Below are positions 52,601-55,423 of a DNA stretch of 55,423 bases, in pieces (the stretch's first letter is position 1; each line of letters starts with the position of its first letter). The DNA is taken from positions 1 through 55,423 of the forward strand of contig CAYVBE010000003.1 of the NCBI GenBank assembly GCA_964448935.1, in the 5' to 3' direction. The notes under the pieces are model-generated. The model had not been told where the DNA came from. It made no database searches and was given only the letters and a program-made list of their open reading frames with translations. Source of the stretch: an uncultured candidatus Brocadiaceae bacterium (GTDB lineage: Bacteria > Planctomycetota > Brocadiia > SM23-32). A program made the translations under genes and the position numbers.

Positions 52601-53241
52601 GCGGCGCCTTCCACCTTGGCAAACACATGGCCGTCCACGCGCCCGATCAGGATGTCCTCGCCGGCGGCAAGGGTCACGATGCCGTTGCTGGCGGCGATGT
52701 CCCCGTAGTTGGCCGCGCGGGCGCCGACCAGGTGAACCGCATCCCCCTGGATGGTGCCGTAGTTGACGACCTCGCCGGAGGCGTCGGTGAAGCGGTTGAC
52801 GTCGCCCAGGAAGTCCGCGTTGCTCATCTGTGCGGCGGCGGCGTAGATGCCGCCCACGTCCACCAGGCAGCCGTCGCGGAAGTAGATGCCCCCGGGGTTG
52901 ACCAGATACACGATCCCGTTGGCGGTCAGTGAGCCGTAGATCTCGGTGGGATTGGCGCCGCCGATGCGGTTCAGCACGCGCGAGAGTTCGTCGGGCTGGA
53001 CGAAACGCACACTCTCGTCGCCGGCGATGTCGAAAGACTGATACTCGATGATGGTGTCGTCGGCCGCACGGATGACGGTGTCCGAACCGTTGCGCTCGAA
53101 GGCGGCATCCCCGGTGACGACCTGCTCCCCCTGGGGAGCGGCGAGAGCAAGGCCGGCAACGGTCACCCAGAGCAGCACGCACAGCACCAACGCACCGGCC
53201 CGCAGATAAGTCCTTCGGTGCGACCTTCCATTAGCGGCCAT
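43687..53241 (-). CDS. Giant two-partner-secretion exoprotein (TpsA, filamentous-haemagglutinin-like), 3184 aa
   Basis: Signal peptide, then a TPS domain (YQSFDI, FVQP, VLNRIGGANPTEIYGSLTANGIVYLVNPGGIYF). More than 2600 aa of D/T/G/A/V-rich beta-helix repeats follow. The terminal 221 aa are non-repetitive. Encoded directly after a TpsB gene. Confidence 0.9.
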   Translation of the reverse strand: MAANGRSHRRTYLRAGALVLCVLLWVTVAGLALAAPQGEQVVTGDAAFERNGSDTVIRAADDTIIEYQSFDIAGDESVRFVQPDELSRVLNRIGGANPTEIYGSLTANGIVYLVNPGGIYFRDGCLVDVGGIYAAAAQMSNADFLGDVNRFTDASGEVVNYGTIQGDAVHLVGARAANYGDIAASNGIVTLAAGEDILIGRVDGHVFAKVEGAAAAAQGDAAVENSGDVDASGGQALLAAGDMYALAIRNSGRISGEEVTVEGQGEGAVEVTGEVEAPGGNVEILGDEVRLEDADVDASGAAGGEVTIGGGVGSDRTSLVEIDQASVVRADALGAGDGGLIVVRSDSVSIQGTLSASPGGADAANGLIVIDPAQVEIVDGAAGGDVDPATIEGAMDGGADFVVEAEDKITVTDDVTTTVDNGTTLSLNDEDDPNDDLTIDLNELITLQPSQSLTGEATTVNVGGGGSLQNGIDIASGGATVEAADGTYTEDLAIDKSLTLQSQNGDGSTTIQLVDGVGIGLEGGADNFTLGGAGAGFTILSGAGSTFLIQLANAPSNVSIVDNTINTTGNASMGISVGAAGADGLSITDNTFTAGDLGDGSVWGPSVSDLTVSDNTLTGPAALAGSGYALQFSGVTGTSSIQDNTISDYANGILISNGAGVDGLTITGNDISASTNGIRFAEYSPGVAGDVNAVSVINNTLDGNETALLMGTGARLEAGTYAITGNDFSSSTEYHLRSTGGVFTGGEVYDLFSDGSNTYDNAAVVADGANVVQDTASLVIRPGIQQSIDDSSAGDDIVVLSGTGNGYTGDLVIDKSDLTVRSTGGMGTTTIQLVDGVGIGLEGGADNVILGDPDDADSPDEGFTIEAGAATTFLVQLANGPSGVTIRGNKLDMTTGGGNASMGISVGAAGATGLTVDRNQIVAGDGDGAIFGDNPIVDLAVTNNTLTTGGPTQQSSGYGIEFFGVTATDPGAPSVISDNDITGYHLGVVIGNGTGTDDLEITGNTIDNVGGAGSPAGTGIWIVDYTQTGVPGNLDKLTIDGNTLNNQALGIHAVEDVDGGAAHFGSADLTVTDNTFSGNTEDLRIGSTAAAMTDVTLSGNDGGVVFVGDVTAGGTAGDDTLIISGAGGTGTVSYDAGDGDDTITVDFGDGNPIPGGGLNVDGGTQGAGGDNLELQNVGAGFATHTYNMNGSDADGKDGSIVLDGDTINFDGLEPITNDGTAADIIFNLTAAADDVTLQDNGAPADGSSQLADNGGTVETTTFVNPTNSLAVNANDGGDTLRLAVLDNGFAAGITLDGEGGADTATLAGSTGGEPLNVTAETITITGATNASVVNLDASDGAGDITDTGAGALTATGTTRLTAQATDDITLDAAGNDFQAAVSIPGADNVTLVDTNALELGASTISGSLDVTASGTITQSGAVTAGATTLDAVGNDITLNNAGNAFGDLTVTGGTVGITENDAITDGGAWNSGATILDAGGNAITLDNAANDFTGDVVVSNTSDVTLVDANDITLGASTIAGILDITAAGQITQSGALDVAGASTLDAGGDITLDNAANDFDNDDSGDGITVTQAGAVELVDEDDMGVDSITADHRVTLTAAGAITDAAGDAAVDVTADDLVLMAVDGIGDGGGANEELDTQVSELDAETTDNAINIINTGTLALEDLAGAAGSVTNTNGNVHIVASSPLNVNAAVSAGGAVTLQATEDGGDDDHITVAADVSSTGGGLITFNAGADYRQTGGSVGTTGNVDINADYDVSGVGEIDQTGGDIGGTTAVGTLFADAPGKIDLGQAANDADNLDASSTGVGDITYVDADDVTLADVDTADGAIDVDAGGQVTATDVDSSATDDDTNDISLTSTGAGIQADLVNAGAANDVTLDAQGGAITQDGVDDADDVIAQDLTADAQGGIDLDITVENVDASANAAGDIVLDELDGVQLADVDTADGSITVIAGGGLVATDVRSLTDADANDISLTATGAGLDIHAILVDAGTAGDVTLDSQGGAIMDDGGAGVDVIADALTADAQGGIDLDTTVNSVDAASNGPGHIILEETDDITFADVENANGGLNVAANGRITQTGPMTVAGATTLDAGGTATPGDDITLNNAANDFDSDDTGDTLTVTQGGSVTLQDADTLRLGAVNAGTDVTVTAQDVVINGNVSGSGDLLLRPVTVARSIGIGGGAGNFNVDDAELGRLVDGFNSVAIGRANGQHVVTVASATFNDPATIRTPAGGSIAVDGQITGAGDASVTLDGPDATTTLNADIVTFGNAITISDNVLLGTPALVTLDTTNGGAQPGGANVTVTGAVEDTGAASGLAVAGGTGGAVDFQGDVGGTTPPADFAVSSAAQVDLEDVVTTGAINVTGTTINLNGTYQTDGGDATFDGDVVLHSNTTMDTETGGGDAAGAVDLSAATVSASAGGIDLDIDTSTADANNGGAVALGTFDNVAAGSYVNALDVNSTSTGAVDGAITLNNDVRTASTQTYTGPVLLMVDVTLTDTGGTGVSFNNHVDADDDGVAGSSYGLTVNTPNADTTFTGEVGGGNVAGSDPDGLGHLVTDDTGVGGTLHLDGGLVVTDDDQTYNEAVELGADTVLEADNIAFNTSINGGGNDLDMGERASVTTIAGDTLNGGAALNIGALSTTNGATADLSGVITFAGSHSHEAATLSGHTRIESGPVTFRETLNGNGAGPWDLTVNTAGGMPTAFQGEVGGLTPLASVTTNADGQTQLSADITTVGGTQTYEDPVLLTADVILTDTGGTGVRFGSFVDATNTAHGLTVNTPNADTTFDADVGGGNVVGANPNGLGHLTTDATGAGGMLLLESSVTTDGAQTYNESVETADDIMLRGTSVTFNGRLSPGGDGAAAGLTVDGDLTFGPGSEYFVLLDEGKGGDDYDQVDIGAGHTLTWNGALTVSPQSDGVDTPGDILPVVDGDGGYGGDYDAKITVNNQIFEFYEPGGDSDLTLVRAEEELAQVLAGISPDPQPVATVPPNPGQQLLKRLQKLGIYARTRTEKELIGALIGFAVYKNVPAEQTATGTRPIPDPEGQDYMVSSPRLSLGGFEKAEALYEQIFWERGEEGGWVPRGPELRRTLSGAVETYKQSDTFRVQKEQTGREEVDGMWFRTWLEETGRHPEALRILKDLEELFRLLAGVGLNEVELETCKGVLLREVDLTRAGLGPAQVEAAILG
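44692..45804 (-). repeat. Two related ~115-aa modules (autotransporter-associated beta-strand-repeat-like) near the tpsA C-terminus
   Basis: Module 1 (45442-45804): QTYTGPVLLMVDVTLTDTGGTGVSFNNHVD...GLTVNTPNADTTFTGEVGGGNVAGSDPDGLGHL...DQTYNEAVE. Module 2 (44692-45033): QTYEDPVLLTADVILTDTGGTGVRFGSFVD...GLTVNTPNADTTFDADVGGGNVVGANPNGLGHL...AQTYNESVE. Confidence 0.7.
47074..47793 (-). repeat. Two tandem ~360-nt (~120-aa) repeats inside tpsA
   Basis: Copy 1: DVTLADVDTADGAIDVDAGGQVTATDV...NDISLTSTGAGIQADLVNAGAANDVTLDAQGGAI...LTADAQGGIDLDITVENVDAS. Copy 2: VQLADVDTADGSITVIAGGGLVATDV...NDISLTATGAGLDIHAILVDAGTAGDVTLDSQGGAI...LTADAQGGIDLDTTVNSVDAA. Confidence 0.75.
49942..51846 (-). repeat. Two tandem ~960-nt (~320-aa) right-handed beta-helix (NosD/CASH-like) modules inside tpsA
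   Basis: The module heads are LQNGIDIASGGATVEAADGTYTEDLAIDKSLTL and IQQSIDDSSAGDDIVVLSGTGNGYTGDLVIDKSDLTV. Both contain TTIQLVDGVGIGLEGGADN and NASMGISVGAAGA. DNA at 51661-51720 and 50701-50760 is near-identical at an offset of exactly 960 nt. Confidence 0.8.
52342..53139 (-). other. TPS (haemagglutination-activity type) secretion domain of TpsA
   Basis: Residues ~35-300, with NPGGI in place of the canonical NPNGI and other conserved blocks as quoted for the CDS. Confidence 0.8.
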
Positions 53242-53309
53242 CGGATGGGTTCTCCCGCAATCTGAAGCGATTTGTCAACACTCTCCTGTAACCCGGAGCG
53301 GCGCACGAC

Positions 53310-55244
53310 TTACCACACCAGCGTCAGACCGACATGGAGTCTGTCCTCGCCTGCATCCGCTTCGTCGTTGTCCAGGCTGGACAGCGTATGTCCCCAGTCG
53401 CAGCGCAAGTTCACGTTCCGCAGTACCTGCAACTCCACTCCCAGGCCGCAACTGACCAGGGTCTCGTCCTCCTCGCCGACCCCGGGCGGCGCGTCTTGCA
53501 CCTCGGTGTGTCCGGCATCGAAGAACGCCTTGACGATCAGGTCCCAATCGGGCTGCCCGAACGGTTGCTGGGGGGCGAAGCGGAACGGCCTGTCCACCAG
53601 CGGGAACTCGGCGGGCTCGGGCTGCGGCTTGAAGGCCCGGGGGATGTGGTAGCGATACTCGCCCCGGAAAACGACGACGTTATCTCCGGCTGCCGCAGAT
53701 TCCGGGTAACCCCGAACGGTGTAAGTGCCGCCGGCCGTCATCTCGGCCTGGGGAATGAGGCGGTTGCCCAGGGCGTGCTGGCCCTGGACGCTAAAGGCCA
53801 TCTCGTGGGCGAGCGTCGGGGCCTTTTCCCCGCTTAAATCATCCCATGTATCCTGATGGAGTACCGGCTCCAAGAAAAAAGCGTGGGAAGCGCCATAGCG
53901 TACCACAGTCCAATCCTCATCCGCCTCGACCCGTCCCAGCTCTTGCACGTCATTCCGGTCTGTATTGGCCAAACCGGAAAAGTTGTGCTCGATGCGTACG
54001 TGCGCATCCGTCTGCGCTTTTCGGTCTTTCCGTTCCAGTTGCAGGCCCACGTAGGGGAGGAACAAGTCCTCGTCACCCTCGATCCCCGTCAGCTCGTTGT
54101 CCACCTGGATATTCTGCCAACGGGCACCGCCGACCAGATCGAGGAAGAGCTTGTCCTGCTGGTAAACGGTGGCGATGATCTCCGCACCGGCATACCAGGT
54201 GTCGCCCGAAAAGTCCTGCCCCGGGAAACCGACGTCCGATGCGTCAAATGAACTCCACGAACCATAGAGCCGAAGGTCAAATTCCTGCCAGCGGACGGGC
54301 GTGCGGTAGGAGGCGATGAACGCGTCGGACTCGTCGAATCCCCCGGTCACATAGTCCAGGCGCAGGATGTCGTCCTTGCCGGTGAGCTGATTGTGCACGA
54401 ACCCGAACCGCTCGCGCCACTCTTCGGTCTCCTCCGTGCCCGTGTTGGCAAGCTGGAAATATGCCAGCCAGGGCCGGCTTTCCGCGATGAGGTAGTCCAA
54501 CACCGCTCCCCCCTCCGGGCCGGCGGAGGAGACCGCCACGTCCGCACGGCGGCCGGGGTGGCGACTGAGGCGGAACACATAGCCGTTCAGCGCGTCCTCG
54601 TTGAGCACATCGCCCGGCCCAATGGGGGATTCGTCGCGTATGCGCGCGTGCGCGGGATGGGCTACCCGTTCCTCGGCCGGGATGCGGTCGCCGGAGGCCA
54701 GCGTGCGGACTTTCTTGACCACCGTGGTATAGATCACCAGATCAAGCCGGGTGTCCCCTTCGGCCCGGAGGTCTTCGCCGGATTTCGGGTCAACGTCGTC
54801 CTCCGCAACCTGCACGTAGACGCCGATCAGACCCTCGCGCCCGAACGCCTCCACGACGGCCGCGGCAACGCGCCGGACGGCGCTGCCGTAAAAGGTAACG
54901 GTATCGCCCGCTGACTGCCCGATCCGCCACGTTTCCACCGGAAGGCCGGCGCGCGGGGCCACCAGCCCGTCTTCCACCCGAGCCAGGGGCACGCCGACGT
55001 GCTGGAAATCGCTCAGAGGAGGCTGATCGGGGTGGGGGCTCTCGTAGTGCAGCACGAAACGGGTGACCGGATATCCCCTGCCATCATCCGGGCGGCCTGT
55101 CTGCTCGGAGGCGGCGGCGCCGCCGGCCTCCGCTTCCCCCTCCGCGGCAGCGGCCGACTCCAGAAGAGTGTTGCATTGAAGCAGCGCCAGAATTCCAACA
55201 GCCACCATCCAGCCGACAGTAAACACCGACCGCTTTCGTGCCAC
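53310..55244 (-). CDS. TpsB outer-membrane transporter (ShlB/FhaC/HecB family, Omp85 superfamily)
   Basis: POTRA-like N-terminal region (PVTRFVLHYESPHPDQPPL, LIGVYVQV) and a C-terminal beta-barrel (TVRGYPESAAAGDNVVVFRGEYRY; ends ...HVGLTLVW). The ORF-track start at 55319 is a TTG. In-frame GTG 55244 has GAGGGGAG 8 nt upstream and gives a normal signal peptide (M-ARKRSVFTVGWMVAVGILALL). Confidence 0.85.
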   Translation of the reverse strand: MARKRSVFTVGWMVAVGILALLQCNTLLESAAAAEGEAEAGGAAASEQTGRPDDGRGYPVTRFVLHYESPHPDQPPLSDFQHVGVPLARVEDGLVAPRAGLPVETWRIGQSAGDTVTFYGSAVRRVAAAVVEAFGREGLIGVYVQVAEDDVDPKSGEDLRAEGDTRLDLVIYTTVVKKVRTLASGDRIPAEERVAHPAHARIRDESPIGPGDVLNEDALNGYVFRLSRHPGRRADVAVSSAGPEGGAVLDYLIAESRPWLAYFQLANTGTEETEEWRERFGFVHNQLTGKDDILRLDYVTGGFDESDAFIASYRTPVRWQEFDLRLYGSWSSFDASDVGFPGQDFSGDTWYAGAEIIATVYQQDKLFLDLVGGARWQNIQVDNELTGIEGDEDLFLPYVGLQLERKDRKAQTDAHVRIEHNFSGLANTDRNDVQELGRVEADEDWTVVRYGASHAFFLEPVLHQDTWDDLSGEKAPTLAHEMAFSVQGQHALGNRLIPQAEMTAGGTYTVRGYPESAAAGDNVVVFRGEYRYHIPRAFKPQPEPAEFPLVDRPFRFAPQQPFGQPDWDLIVKAFFDAGHTEVQDAPPGVGEEDETLVSCGLGVELQVLRNVNLRCDWGHTLSSLDNDEADAGEDRLHVGLTLVW

Positions 55245-55423
55245 CGGCCTGTCTCCCCTCAGAATCAAGGCGGTGGAATTATAAGCGTCCCTTGTGCTAT
55301 TGTCAAGCAGTATCTCCAACGCACGATATTCCGTCAGGAAGGGCTCTCCGCATTTTCAAGCCGCGCAATAGTGGTTCATAACACTTGATTTTACGGGTTC
55401 AGCCGGAGCGCCGGTGGACCAGA

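Noticed and set aside
43687-53241. TpsA as a CdiA-type contact-dependent inhibition toxin.
   Set aside because: There is no VENN or ELYN pretoxin motif (only VENS, VENV and VENA by chance). No small immunity ORF follows the gene. The C-terminal domain is kept as an open question instead.
6494-55423. Mobile-element, prophage or integrase signatures that would mark the T6SS/TPS array as a recent island.
   Set aside because: I found no transposase, integrase, tRNA or flanking direct repeats in the window. GC and codon style look uniform with the housekeeping genes on the left.

Overview
High-GC bacterial chromosomal window; the taxon cannot be assigned from sequence alone. All product calls come from motif-level reading of the supplied translations, with no HMM or BLAST run. 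The left 6.4 kb on the + strand holds ordinary genes: a GH4 glycosidase, a protein-L-isoaspartate methyltransferase with an unusual N-terminal membrane anchor, a polytopic spermidine-synthase-like membrane protein, and a CspA-family cold-shock gene with a long leader. From 6494 to about 55244, all 26 credible genes lie on the - strand in one ~49-kb array. The array starts with a two-partner-secretion pair (tpsB plus a 3184-aa FHA-like tpsA). A complete type VI secretion system follows 42 nt later: tssA-tssB-tssC-hcp-tagJ-tssE-tssF-tssG-clpV-vgrG, the same order as P. aeruginosa H1-T6SS. Next comes an effector module: DUF4123 adaptor, small acidic ORF, PAAR-polyGly-glycine-zipper toxin candidate, and a DUF1795/Eag-like protein. 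Four uncharacterised genes follow: a membrane-anchored coiled-coil protein, a 648-aa protein, and two tandem paralogous lipoproteins (TssJ or TagQ candidates). The array ends with ppkA-like, fha/tagH-like, tssK-tssL-tssM and tagF. The most unusual content is the regulatory layer. The TagF repressor domain is the cytoplasmic head of a 1540-aa single-pass membrane protein. The PpkA-like protein carries HGN in place of the catalytic HRD. Both proteins have paralogous ~1130-aa extracytoplasmic modules ending in a non-catalytic FGE-sulfatase (TagR-type) domain. The Fha-position gene has no FHA domain, and no PP2C phosphatase is present. Together this looks like an undescribed, possibly phosphorylation-independent, dual-receptor switch for T6SS firing. 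Other points worth follow-up are the tight TPS-T6SS linkage, the REP-like hairpin units bracketing the PAAR effector cassette, and the modular repeat structure and orphan C-terminal domain of TpsA.
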